The translations under genes were made by a program, and so were the position numbers. Shown here piece by piece: positions 13,684 to 25,450 of a DNA stretch of 64,000 bases. A model generated the notes under the pieces. That model was not told where the DNA came from. It did not search any database and saw only the letters and a list, made by a program, of their open reading frames with translations. This DNA comes from Peribolospora baueri (taxonomy: Eukaryota), in the NCBI GenBank assembly GCA_029717555.1, contig JAMDHS010000002.1, forward strand, positions 1-64,000, written 5' to 3'. The stretch's first letter is position 1, and every line of letters begins with the position of its first letter.

Positions 13684-14100
13684 CCCTGCAGAGACGTGAT
13701 AGACGATCTCCCGCTGGAAGCGACAGATGGAGAAAGCAGCCAGCCAGTCGCCTACGTGGGGTGACCGTCAGAAGAAGGCTTGGAATGCGTCACGGCGGCT
13801 GATCGAGCGGGTCTGGGGGAAGGCCGTTCCTCCGTTCTCCGCCGGCCATATCCGTCCGGGTTACCGATCGACAAGGGGTCGGTCGTAAACAAATCGAGCT
13901 TCGGCGTCATCACCAAGTCGGCATCGAATACAAGCACCACCATCGTGACCATACAGAGGCGGAGGCGGAAATCAAGGGGACTCGAGAAACGGGGTGCCGG
14001 ACGACGTCCTCCTTCGCTGCCGCCCTCTCATTGCTTGCCTCGGAGTCCGAGGTCGGTCGACGTCTTCCTCCTCACCTTGCGACCCGGGTCCCGTTCGACA

Positions 14101-15791
14101 ATGGCCGACGATGACCTCCGGGATCGTTTGGCCAAGTTGAGAGCAGCCGCTTCAAGCGGCGCGTCGGTAACTACGACGGCGCCTCCGCAGAAAACGTCCT
14201 CCACTTTTGCAGTGCCCGGGGCCCGGCCCGGCTTGCGAGCAAGTGGTCATGATGAAGACGACCTGCAAGAAAGGCTGGCGAGGCTCCGAAGAAGCCAGTG
14301 AGTACTGATAAGGAACGCCTGCACATGACAGAGTTTTTCACAACTCTAAATATCTGTCTTGTTTTGATACTGCAGCTGCTCTTCCTCGACCGTGAAAGAT
14401 GGCCCTGGAGCCAGCGACCCTTTGCACGCGAGAGACGACGCTCCACCGAGGTCGCAGGAAGAGGACGATGACGAAGTGAGCGCATGAAACCGTCTCAGGA
14501 GCGCACATATCCGACTTGGATCCGCTTACCGTCTTCTCAGCCCTTTTTCTTTCTGCCCCTACGGTCTTCAGCTTGAGCAATACTTGGCGTCCGAAGACTG
14601 GCTAGCAGAACACAACTCTGTCGCCGCCCACGTCGACACAGTCCTTCCCAGGCCCTCGGCCACATCTGCGGCCTCAAAAATGGAAGATGACATGGATACA
14701 TTGCGCCGCATGAAGGCTCTGCAGTCACTGGCGGATCAGATTATTGGCACCGAGAACGCTTCGAACACGCAGGGATTTCGGACACACGGCGAGCAGGACC
14801 GCACAGGAGAAGACGAGGAGGCGGGGAAGGTCTTCGGAAGGACGCAAGACGAGGTGGATCTCGAGCACGCGCACGGGTGCAAGCGAGTCCAGGGCGTCGG
14901 CTACTTTGATGACATTGCAAGGACCTCAACTCTGGACGAGCAGAGACATGTGGAGGAGGACGACATGGTCGACCGCTTGAGGGACCTTTTGCACGAGGCT
15001 GCCAGCACGCCTATGGACGTTTCCAGCGCCACAAATGCCGGCATACCCGGAAGGGAGACGGTGAAGTCCATCATTACGGAATCAAACTCTCTTCCCTCAT
15101 CAGACAACAAGGCTGTGCCGTCTGGCGATACCGTTCCGTCGACGCCCAAAGACCCTTCACAGACTCTAGCCCAGAAAAGCGTCTCGCCGCTACCCTCGAT
15201 ACCCTCTTTCCCGGACCTCCCCTCTGGTCCTCTTCGCGATGACGTCCGTGACAACAATGCAGACTCTTCCGAAAAGGAGGGCAAAGGTTTCTACGGGAAT
15301 CCCGAACTCGACGATCGAGATCTTGGTGCATTCTCCAAGCTCGTGCGGCTCAATGCCAGCCAATATATACCTGGGTCTAGCCCGACGGCCGGAGCGAAGG
15401 GTGGAGGAGGTGATGGGATCGAAGATGGGAATGAAGGAGAGGACGAGGAAGACCCTGAGACGTGGTGCTGTGAGTATGTCCGTGTCGGCTTTTCCTTCCA
15501 AAGGCTCATTCGGACTCAGCCGTCTCATTTGCTTCCCGTCCGCCTCGTCCCACGCGCTCGCCAGGCATTTGCAATGAGAACGCCACGCTTCTCTGCCTTG
15601 GCTGCGACCTGGACAAATACTGTTCATCATGCTGGGCGGAGGGACACGAGCGCATGCACGGCGAGGAGCTTCGGGAGCACCGTACGGAGGAGTATTCGCG
15701 CCGGAGAGGGACGAGCTGTCGGTCAAAATGGGGCGGAAGACGAGTGGGAAGGGGGTTTGAAGGTGTAAAAGGCTTACTCGGTCTTGGTTAG
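14101..15791 (+). CDS. Protein with C-terminal ZFYVE19/ANCHR-like B-box-type zinc-binding domain
   Basis: Splicing GTGAGT (15470) to the CAG near 15564 gives [30 protein letters not shown], the Cys/His pattern of the ANCHR C-terminal domain. N-terminus has repeated 'DDLRDRLAKLR / DDLQERLARLR'. Confidence 0.7.
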
Positions 15792-15880
15792 TGACTCTAA
15801 GGGAGTCCAGATGGGAATCCTCTAACACGGGCTATTATAGTGCAACAGCCGCCAGCATCATTTCCGTCACATGCTTCAGG

Positions 15881-16220
15881 TTTATCTTCCCTCCCCGTTG
15901 AAGACCGTTTCTTTCTTGTTGAAGACCCTTTTCTTCTTGTTTTCATCACGCTAATCTCCCTCCACTTATTTTTCTGCCCACGCCTTTCCATTTTGCCACG
16001 TGGCATGACATTCTAGAAAACCGTTTCTTCTTGCTGCTTTATCCTCCCTCCCTGTTGAAGACCCGTTTCTTTCTTATTCAAGACCCTTTTTTTTCGCTAC
16101 TTTATCCTCCCTCACCCGTTTCTTCTTGCCGGTTTATCCTTCTTCCTCGTTGAAGACTCATCTCTTCGTACTGCTTTAACTTCCTTGTTTTTCACCTCGC
16201 TAAACTCCCTCCACTTATTC
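15881..16220. repeat. Degenerate pyrimidine-rich tandem/duplicated repeat
   Basis: TTTATC(C/T)TCCCTCCC..GTTGAAGACC recurs at about 15881, 16038 and 16135. CGCTAA.CTCCCTCCACTTATT occurs twice (about 15949 and 16198). Confidence 0.75.
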
Positions 16221-17228
16221 TCCTTCGACGCCATTCCAAACAACTTGCAGCCTCATGCGCCAGAAAAGTCCACATCACGCAAGAAATCATCCTACGTACT
16301 GAGCGAGCATCGGGACTAGCCCGCCCTCGTACCTGACTTGTTTCTCGGGCCTCGCAAAGGGTAAGGAATCATCATGGAAGGCCTACAGCGGGGCATGAGG
16401 GTTTGAGAACGGAGGCGCGTCGCTATCCCGAGACAGTTTTCGTCTTACAGGGCGCTATGATGACGGCGGCGGAGGGCGCAGCGCACAGACGCGCTGTTCG
16501 GGGTTCTGTTCACCCTCGCTAGTCATCTGGATCCGTCCGCCTGTATGTCCACCCGTACGCCCCATGTATGCCCGCGTATCCGTCTATGCAAAGACTTGTT
16601 ACAGTCCAACTTGTCTATAAACATAGAAGTTGTATAGCCCGAGGGCTTTTTTACAATATGTGGGAGGGCGACATATACAGGGCGGGTCTATGCAAAGTTG
16701 CCGCAGTCCTTGCCCCACAGTTGCCGCAGCCCTTGCAGTCGACAGCGTCCGTCAAAACATGAATTCCAAGCTTTACTATAGAGTCTGGCGTCCATCAAGA
16801 CATGAATTCCAAGCTTTACTATACTATAGAGAATGTACACGTCATAACCATGTTCAAGAAGGAGCATACAAAGAGGAAAACCGCAGATGTGAGGAAGACG
16901 GGCAGAACTAGGCCGCAGTAAGACAGTTTACCTACATAGTCATGTCCGCTTTCAGCCGCGTAACCACGGTGCACGTGACTCTCAACCCTAACTACGCATG
17001 CCGAGCGTGCATACCTAGTAAGGACAGCACCCGTATCAATGCTTGCAATATGCGGGTAAGTTTAGTATGCATATAGACCAGTGTTTTGGCTGGGATTAGA
17101 CAATGGCTGGGGACAAGCGGGAAAGGAAGATCGCTATGCACTATGCGAAGGCATACCCATGGACCTGTATGGTAACAGACGAGTTTGACTGTATTTCACT
17201 TTCACCCCTTCCGGCTGCCGGGGCGCCG

Positions 17229-18268
17229 TCATCGACCTGCGGTGCTTAAGATGCTGCTCACAACCGCAGCTCCTTCAGCGACCCTCTGCCTCTCGTCGAA
17301 CTTTGCCCTCGCTGCCTTGGCCAGCGCCTCGGCCTCCTCCTGTATTTGCCGTGGGCTGGGACTGTCTTTAGAAGAGTCCTTTCGGTCGGAATCCTCGCTG
17401 AAGACAGGGATGGAGCCGATGCCAGTCCCGCGGCAGTACGCTGAGAGGAACTGGATGGTGAACAGAAGTTCGCGGAGCTTGGCTGAGAGAGCACAAGCAA
17501 AGGAGAAAAGTAGTATGCGTGTTCAGTATGGTGATTATCGGGATCTCTTAAACGGCGACAAGCTTCGAAAGGGATCAGAGGCCGTCTGCAATGCCAGCTT
17601 GCTGAACTTGCTCACCTTCCGTCTGGAGAGGGTCCACATCCGGCTCGAAAGCTCGATCGCTGGATCGTCAGAATGGCACACCAGAGGCAATGCAAGTAAC
17701 TCCAATGAGAAACATGTTGTTGGACGAATCCATCCAAACCTCTCGCAGCAGCCAGAAGTACAGACGCCCGTCCTCTTCAACGAAAGCAAGACTGAATAAG
17801 AAAGAAAACTCACATTCCGTCAAACACCTCCTCTCCCAGCCTCTCAACCCAGGGAAGCATCTCGCTTCGCACCACCTCCAAGCTCATCCTCATCTCCTGG
17901 AACGGCGTCGGCACGCTACCGGCCCCGCCTCCACCGGCGTGCGCGTCGCCCACAGCCACGCCGCCGCCGCCGAAGCCGGCCGTGACGCTCGTTCCGGGGC
18001 CAGCTCCATGAACGTGAGCTGGAATGCCATTTACGCTACCCAATTGCTGTTTGCCCGGCGTGCCCACGGGAGTAGCTCTCGCAGAAGAAGGATTGGAGGA
18101 TATGTTTGTTATGGAGGAGAGCAGATTGCCGGAGAGAAACTGAGGCGAGAAGGAACGAGCGGCGGCGCTGGTCGCCGTCGGTGTCGACGTCGATGTTGAG
18201 GGTGAGCCGGCGGCATAAGGGGATGAGCTTGTGCGATGGTCGGCCAGTTGATGGCGAGATAGGGGCAT
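17229..18268 (-). CDS. Hypothetical protein, multi-exon
   Basis: ATG at 18268. Canonical GT-AG introns join FQEMRMSLEVVRSEMLPWVERLGEEVF... to a last exon ...AARAKFDERQRVAEGAAVVSSILSTAGR-stop. Head-to-head with ATP16. No family recognised. Confidence 0.65.
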
Positions 18269-18525
18269 GGTTTCGGGGTCCCCTCGGCTTTGGGATGTCT
18301 AAACCAAGTCGGAACCCGCGCCGTGAATGCTGGATCCTGTGCCCACGTCCGTCCGTGATCGACGCTCGCAGGTAGCGGCGGCAACGCGCACGTGATTTCG
18401 CCCTGATCTGTTCCCACGGCGCCGGTCGGAAGAAGGCGGGCCTCTGACCGGTCACCACCTCGCACAAGCTAGTCAATCTTCTCTCAGGTCTTATTTCTAT
18501 ACAACTTCCTTGTCCAAAGCCCGCC

Positions 18526-19519
18526 ATGGTCTTCTCTCTCGCCGCCCGCGCGGGCCCTCTCCGCCTCGCCTCCGTCGCTACCCGCACCTCTGCTCCTCGC
18601 GCTTTCGCCATCGCCCAGCGCCGTGGATACGCCGAGGCCGTTAGCGACAAGCTCAAGCTGAGCCTTGTCGTGCCCCATGACGTGAGTAGACCTTTTCACT
18701 CTCCACTTCTGTTTGAGTGGTGCCTTGCTGTTACTGTTGGAGAACCTGCGTGTGTTCGAGGTTTGGCAGGCTTTCAGGCGCGCCCTCATCTTTGTTGATG
18801 ATTTGATTGCCGAGGCTCCGCGTTCTGGGCGATCGAAATGCTGTTGCCGTTCTCCCACCCAGCCTCAACCGCTCATTTTTCCTGTCTACTCTTTCGAAAC
18901 TCTTGCTCTAAACCTTCTATCAGGCCATCTACTCCGACGCCGAGGTGACGCAGGTGAACGTCTCGGCCGTCTCTGGTGACCTCGGTATCCTCGCATCCCA
19001 CGTTCCGACCGTCGAGGAGCTCAAGCCCGGCTTGCTCGAGGTCGTTGAGAGCAGCGGCTCCAAGAAGTTCTTCGGTGCGTGTGGCATTGTATGGAAACCG
19101 GCGAATGTCATTCAACTCTGGGGGAACTCGCACGGATCGCCGTACTCAGGGCTGATGATAGTTCGGCGCGTCTCACGCTTCCTTTGCCTTGCCCCTCGTA
19201 TCTCTTACAGTCTCCGGTGGCTTCGCGACGGTGCACCCCAACAACAAGCTGACCATCAACGCCGTCGAGGCTTACCCTGTCGATGCATTCTCCCCGGAGG
19301 TGCGTCCTAGCCCGTGCGCGCGCACGCTCAATGGACCTGAAGGGCAAGTCCTGACGCTTTATCTTCGTACTTGCTCCCTCTGTAATCCGCCAGGCCGTCC
19401 GCTCCAACCTCGCCGAGGCGCAGCGCGTTGCCAGCGGTGCGGGTTCGGAGGAAGAGAAGGCCGAGGCCCGCATCGAGGTCGACGTCCTGACTGCCCTTCA
19501 GACCGCTCTCTCCAAGTGA
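18526..19519 (+). CDS. ATP16: Mitochondrial F1 ATP synthase delta subunit, 4 exons
   Basis: Presequence ...RRGYAEAVSDKLKLSL, GDLGILASHVPTVEELKPGLLEV, VSGGFATVHPNNKLTINAVEAY and EKAEARIEVDVL. Confidence 0.97.
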
Positions 19520-19930
19520 ACGAGCGCTCGACGCCTGTTGATGTGAGATGGCATACAGGGGCCTTTTATATGGCATCCGTCGTGTACCCAGGACGATAGA
19601 ATGCAGGAGTGAATAACGAATGGCGCCAGGAAAGATTGCAGGTCAGAGTTGGCAAAGGATCAAGACTCGGACCCCGTAGACTACGGTTCTTTGCTCTTGC
19701 CGCTTTTCGTGAAAGCAATATGGCGCTTCCGAATGACGAGTCACAGAACTTTTTACGAAGTGGAGTACGGGAGCCTTTGGTGCGAAAGGAATCTGCCATC
19801 GGTGTTACCGTTGTGCTGAGAGTGCCATACATCCGACGACTTTGCTTTCGTAATGCGGGTAAATCTCACCTGTGGCCGCACCGACCGAAACGTCTGCGAC
19901 CTTGCCTTGTGTGCCCTTTTTGTCGTCCCT

Positions 19931-20251
19931 GCAAAACGCTTCGCTCCTCGAGCAGCTCCGCGCCCGTTTCGCGGTAACCCGCAAGGACGCCGGCGCCGCT
20001 CAGCGCGCAGAGCGTTTCCGCCTCTCGGGTACTCGAGACGTCCTCCTTGTCCTTGGTTGAGTGTGAAGTCCGCCTCTGTCGCCAGGCTGACGTCACCGGC
20101 GACGGCGACATTGCCCAGGAGATCATCGAGGCCCTCCCTGACGCCCTTTCAGGAGCACCTTACTGATGCTTCCGTCAAGGTTGACCTCACCGACCTCTGT
20201 AGGCGTCTTTGCCGGCTCGAGTCCGCCCTTCGGCGCACATACTCTCGCTAG
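19931..20251 (+). mobile_element. Degenerate Ty3/gypsy-like gag fragment (frameshifted relic)
   Basis: Joining three frames gives SLLEQLRARFAVTRKDAGAAQRAERFRL / ECEVRLCRQADVTGDGDIAQEIIEALPDA / FQEHLTDASVKVDLTDLCRRLCRLES, which resembles a retrotransposon gag capsid region. No pol or LTR is recognised nearby. Confidence 0.45.
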
Positions 20252-20673
20252 AGACGACGCCTCGAAGCTGTCACCTCTCGCCCCCCGTCCGCGCAGCCTA
20301 ATTCTCCCCTCCCAAGGCCCCCACTTCCCCTGCAGCGAAACCTCAGGACCTGGCCCCCGATAGCACAAGTCGCCCGCCGTGCGGCTGGTAAACCTTACCA
20401 TCCCTGCCGCACTGAACAAAAGGCCTTTCAAGATCTGGTCCTTCTTCGTTCTGTGGGCATTCTGACCTCGGATCTGCTACAACCGATATGTATCCGAAAC
20501 CAAGCGGTTATCTATACGCGAGTCGCCGCCCCCTTTCAGGCGACGTGGAATGTCTGTTCCTCTAGGTATTAATTAAGGTCCAAGAATATCTACGCAACAG
20601 AATGCCTCCTACATGTGCCATTATTCCCCTCTCCTCTCTTCCCTTCTCCTCTCTTCCCTTTCGACGCAAGTTC

Positions 20674-22992
20674 CTATCGCATCCGCAACATCTCGTCGCT
20701 CCCACTTCTCGACGAAGCCGGCGGACTCGGATAGCTCCTCGTCGGATCCGCTATCGCTGCGCCGTTCATGTTTGCGCCGCCGGGCCGCTTCGAGCCCGCA
20801 GTTCGAGACGGCGGTGATGACGACACCGGCAGAGGTTGAGGAGGAGAAGATTGTTGTGTCACGCGGGAGGGGAATGTGCTCCCTGCGATGAAGGAGGAGG
20901 GATGGGGTTGGACGCTGTGGGTGAAAGCGTATGACCCAGGAGCTGGAGCTGCTCCTGGAGACGGGGAATGCCCGCTCAGGCCCCTGCCGAGTCCCAGAGA
21001 GAATCCGAACCCTGCTGGGGAGGAAGCACCCATCCCGTTGCCGTACCCGGCTTTCTCCCCTCCAAAGGCATATCCGTTCCCACTCCCCGAACCGTACCCT
21101 GCCGCCCCACCAGGAGCAGGACTGACCCTCCCCTCAAGAGCACGCTGATCGTCCAATGTGGAGGGTAGGACGAGCGACTGACGGCGCTCGTGCGCGCGCA
21201 TCTGCTTCTCGCCGCGCGACACGTCGGATTTAGACTGATTGTAGAGGTAGAGACCGATGAAGGTCATGGTGATGCCGATGCCCTGAGAGAAGTGGACCGG
21301 CTGGAGGTGTGGAAGAAGCCGAAGAAGGAAGCATAGCACCGTCGTCAGTGATGCCGCCTGTGAAGAACTGAGGGGACGGGTAGCACGGTGGAAATGAGGA
21401 GGAAAAGGGAAAACCGCTTCACCTGCGCAAACCAGATGATCGCCGCACAGATGACGGCGATCCTCTTGATGAGGCTTGCAATCGAATAAGTGACCGGGCT
21501 GACGAGGCTGAGGATTTGGAAGGCGAGCAAGTTCTGTCCAAAATGGACGGTCCCGTTGACGAGGAGCAACCCAAGGATTGCGCCCACGTGTCGATGCGAA
21601 GGCGTGGGATCGTGATGGGGGTGCAGGGAAGGGTTGGAGACACCGCCTCCTTTAACAGGGAAGGTCACAATGTTGGCCGAGGGAGGGACGAGCGGCGTGC
21701 TCAAGAGTGAGCCGAGATCGGACCTGAGCGCCATAAAAGCGGCAAAGCGAAACTGGAGACTTGAGCGACAGAGTCAAAACGATATGTATAAGAAATCTCG
21801 CACTCACCATATCCAGATGGGCACCATGAGCAAAAGGGCCATTCCGCTCGAGAAGAAGAGAAGATTCAATTTGTCGAGCTTTCCGCCCTCGCTAGGAGTT
21901 GCCGCCAGGCCCGACTTCTTCGACTTGTCCTCACTGGGCAAGAGTTTTTTGCTGACAATGTTCTGAGCGACGAAGATAAGCGTGCTGCCGAGAGCAAATA
22001 GAAAACCGAGCGAGGACCCGCTCCTAAATTCGCGGGACGTGGCGAGCATGACGCCGAAGGTGAGGGGAAGCAGGGCAAAATAAGTGCGCGGGGAGTAGCG
22101 GACGCCAAAGAAGGCGGCGTATGAAAGCACTGTAAAGAGAGGAGAGAGTGCCTGTTGCGGAGCCAAGTGAAGCTTCAATCAGACGTTGGCCCTTGGCACA
22201 GTGGACAGCAGGAAGATAAGGAACGTGGATCACGTCAAGAACACCGACCTTGATCGTGTGTACTGTCGACACAGGCACCCTCGATATAGCCATGCTAGAA
22301 AACACATGCCCAGCAACCTGAAAAGCGGCCATGGGAGCCGTGTTCCTGACGATCTTGACCGTCGGCGTCCTGAGCCTGGTCATCCTGCACCCAATCTTGC
22401 CGGCGACGTCGCTGGCACACAGGAAGCAGTAGCCGCTGACGAACGCAAACTGCACGATGGTGAGCGTGACGGGAAAAGGGAATTGGTTGAGGACGGCTTT
22501 GGCGGTGTTGTTGGAGAGCGCTGAAGCAGAGTACCATAGCGCACAGAGGGCTATGAATTGGGCCATGTCAGGGGAGGTGAGCTTTGGGAGCGAGCGCGAG
22601 AGGGACTGGAGCCGGGAGGGAGCGGTGCGGACGGGCGCCGTATGCGGAAGAGGTGGAGGACGGGAGAGAAGGGAGTAGACGGCGTGGAAAATGGGTGCGA
22701 AGACGGAGAAGAGGCCGGAGCCTGCTCCCGTCCGCGAAGGGATGGGCATGTCGCCATCGAGAGACCACTTGCGACCGTGCTCGCCTGGAAAGGCAATGCG
22801 CGGCGGCGAAGGTGAGGGGTGGTACTGCTGGAAGGGGAAAGAAACTGGAGTGGAACGAGCGGACTCGAGAGAGCTGGTTGCATGGTTGGCACGGACGGGG
22901 GAGCGGAGACGAGAGGAAGAGTTCTGGCGGAGCAGGTCGATGCCGTGGTGGTGAGGAGGTGGGAGAGGGTGAGAATGAAGGAGCGTGGCCAT
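20674..22992 (-). CDS. SLY41: Triose-phosphate transporter family protein (Sly41-like)
   Basis: LCALWYSASALSNNTAKAVL, FPVTLTIVQF, MAISRVPVSTVHTIK/ALSPLFTV, KLDKLNLLFFSSGMA and VSPVTYSIASLIKRIAVI are TPT/Sly41 hallmarks. Confidence 0.9.
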
Positions 22993-23270
22993 GGCTGGCG
23001 GAAGGAGCAGGGCGCTCAGGCCCACGAGTGGCCGAGAAGGGGGGTCGTCAACGTTGAGGAGAAAAGAGAAAGGGAAGAGAGAGGGGAAGTGAAGAGAAGA
23101 AGATGGTGGGGAGGAGGAACAATTATGGCGAGGGGAGGATCGAGGCAGCGGAGCACTGAATGTCTCAAGGTCCGACCGAGACCGCCTACCTCCGCCCGCT
23201 CGATCATCCCCAACTCCATCTCGCCATCATTGGCGAACAGCGTCGGCAGTCCAACAAATCGTTCCCCAGC

Positions 23271-25232
23271 ATGGACCAGCAGGCTTTCCGGGAGCTCCTT
23301 TCGACGCCCAGAGTGGGCTCTGGTGCCACTCCGTCCTCCTCGCGAGGCTTTTTTGGCGCCACACCACGACGGACCGCGGTTCCTGCCCAGCCTTCGAACG
23401 ACACCGGAGGGTACAAGAAACCGGCGGACGACCAGCAGCAGCTCAAGCCGCGCAAGTTCAACAAGCCCAAGGCGAAGGCTCCGGATGGGACAGAGTACCG
23501 AGACAGGGCAGCGGAGAGGAGAAAGGGAAAGGCGACTGAGTATGCCGAGGTGGAGAAGTTGTTGGAGGATTTCAAGGAGAGGACGAAGGACGTCGAGGAC
23601 AAGGCACTGGTCAGTTCCTGGTCGCTCCTCTTGTGCATCCCAGTGCCTGACAGTGGCCTTGTGCTCAATAGCCTTCGCTCGGTTTTTATTTAGATTGAGG
23701 AGCAAATGAAGATTCTTGGAGGCGACGAGAAGCACACCGTCCTCGTCAAAGGTGAGCAGGCTGACCCGCCACTGATCCGATCGGCCCGATACGTCCACTA
23801 ACCGTCCACGGATAAAACCGGTCTCGCTTGCTTTTTAAACCTCACGCCTCCATCTTCAGGTCTCGACTTTTCCTTGTTGGCTCAGCAGAAGGCCAAAGGC
23901 CAGAAGAGCGCAGCGGAAGTGGAAGAAGACCTGGAAGCGGCCTTTACACAAAGTCACGCCTCTTCCCCTTCCTCGGCGCCCGCCGACGCCGGCACCGCTG
24001 GACGGAAGAGTCGAGAAGACATTATCGCCGCTCTGAAGCGACGACGTGGGGGAGGAGGAGCGGGAGGAAGCACGCAAGGAAGTGTTCCTGCGATGGACGA
24101 TGAGTTTGAGAGGGCCAAAGCAGCCGGCAAGTTCAGGCCCATCGGAGCACCGAAGGAGACAGAGGCGGCGAAGGAGAAAAGCGCGAAGAAGCGGGTGGTC
24201 GTGGGACCGGATGGGGAGGTGAAGAAGTTGAGGAAGAAGAGAAAAGTCATCCCCGCTCCGGAGAGTGACCAGGTGGCTGATCTGGCCAAAAGGAAGGAAA
24301 CAGAGATGGCCCCATCCCCGTTGCCTAAGGTCGCTTCTTCGAGCCGACAAGATGGCAGGGCTGATATGGCTGAGGCCGGCACGAGCACCATTCCGTCTGT
24401 TGCGCCGACCTCGCCAGGGCTCCCGCCAGCCCCATCGGCTCAACCCATTTCAAGTTCCCAGTCACCGAATGTCGCCGAAGACACACCTCTCTCCACCACA
24501 CCTCCCGCTCCTGTACCCGGAAGTCAGGCGTCTGCAGACGACGCTGAGGGGGAAGACATTTTTGCCGGTGCTGGCGACTGGTCCGGTCTGGAGGACTCCG
24601 GCTCCGACGAGGAGCGCCGAGTGCCGACGAAGGACGGAGATAAGGGCAAAGCCAGGGTACGGGAAGACCGACCTACAGGTGCCGGTACAAAGGGCGATGG
24701 AAAGAGGGATTGGTTTGCCACTGGAAGGAGAGCGGGATCCGAGGACATGCGTGTGGAGGGAGAAGAGGAGGAAGTTGGCGAGGCTCAGTTGCCGGGACGG
24801 CTGACGAGCGTCGTCCGTGGCGCGGGGAAGGATGCGGCCGGGCCTTCCGCATCGCCCGCAGAGGGACAATCTGCCTCTCGAGAGGGTGGCCATGGGCCCT
24901 CGCTCAAATCGTCCGCCTCCCCAAGAGCAGACGAAGAAGAGGAAGGAGGAGACGAGGAGCACGCCCCGAAGGCGTCCCTTCGCGGCCTTCTCTCCTCCTC
25001 CCTATCCGCCTCTGACCTGCTCGCCGTGGACGAGGCCCGGACAGCGGAAGAGCGTCGTAAGGAGCGGAAAGAGTTCTTCAAGACGGGCAAAAAGGCTAAG
25101 GGCAAGATGAACGAGAAGGACAAGCTGAACAAGGACTTCCAGGAGCTCAATCAGTATATGGAGAAGAAGAAGAAGCGCGAAGGGCTGAGTGGCGACGGCG
25201 GGTCGGGATCAGCAGCGGGTGAGAGAGATTGA
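23271..25232 (+). CDS. RED-like (IK) N-terminal domain spliceosomal protein
   Basis: MDQQAFRELLSTPR, YRDRAAERRKG and spliced KILGGDEKHTVLVKGLDFSLL match the RED_N domain. DIFAGAG motif occurs downstream. Confidence 0.88.
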
Positions 25233-25450
25233 GAGGAGCTCGGTTGGAGATTAGGAGGGAGTGCACATGGATTTGAAGAGAATGAGATTTCATGTTGACG
25301 TTGTTGGAGCGCGTCATTCCACCACCCACCCTACCGTACTGTGATCCATCACAAACGAGACGAGACGGGAGAGTCCGAAAATGCAAAGTCCTTTCCATAC
25401 GAAATATAGACACCGAAGTAGGGATGAAGGACCAAGGAGGACGTGCACGA

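Noticed and set aside
15881..16830. CRISPR-like repeat-spacer array
   Set aside because: Eukaryotic context, degenerate and irregular repeats, no constant-length unique spacers and no cas genes.
16984..16992. AACCCTAAC, a possible telomerase RNA template for TTAGGG
   Set aside because: A 9-mer is expected about 0.5 times by chance in 64 kb on two strands. No convincing pseudoknot or CR4/5 follows, and little room remains before the next gene.
18790..18900. C-box-like TGATGA in ATP16 intron 1 (intronic C/D snoRNA)
   Set aside because: No CTGA D box at a suitable distance and no recognisable rRNA guide.
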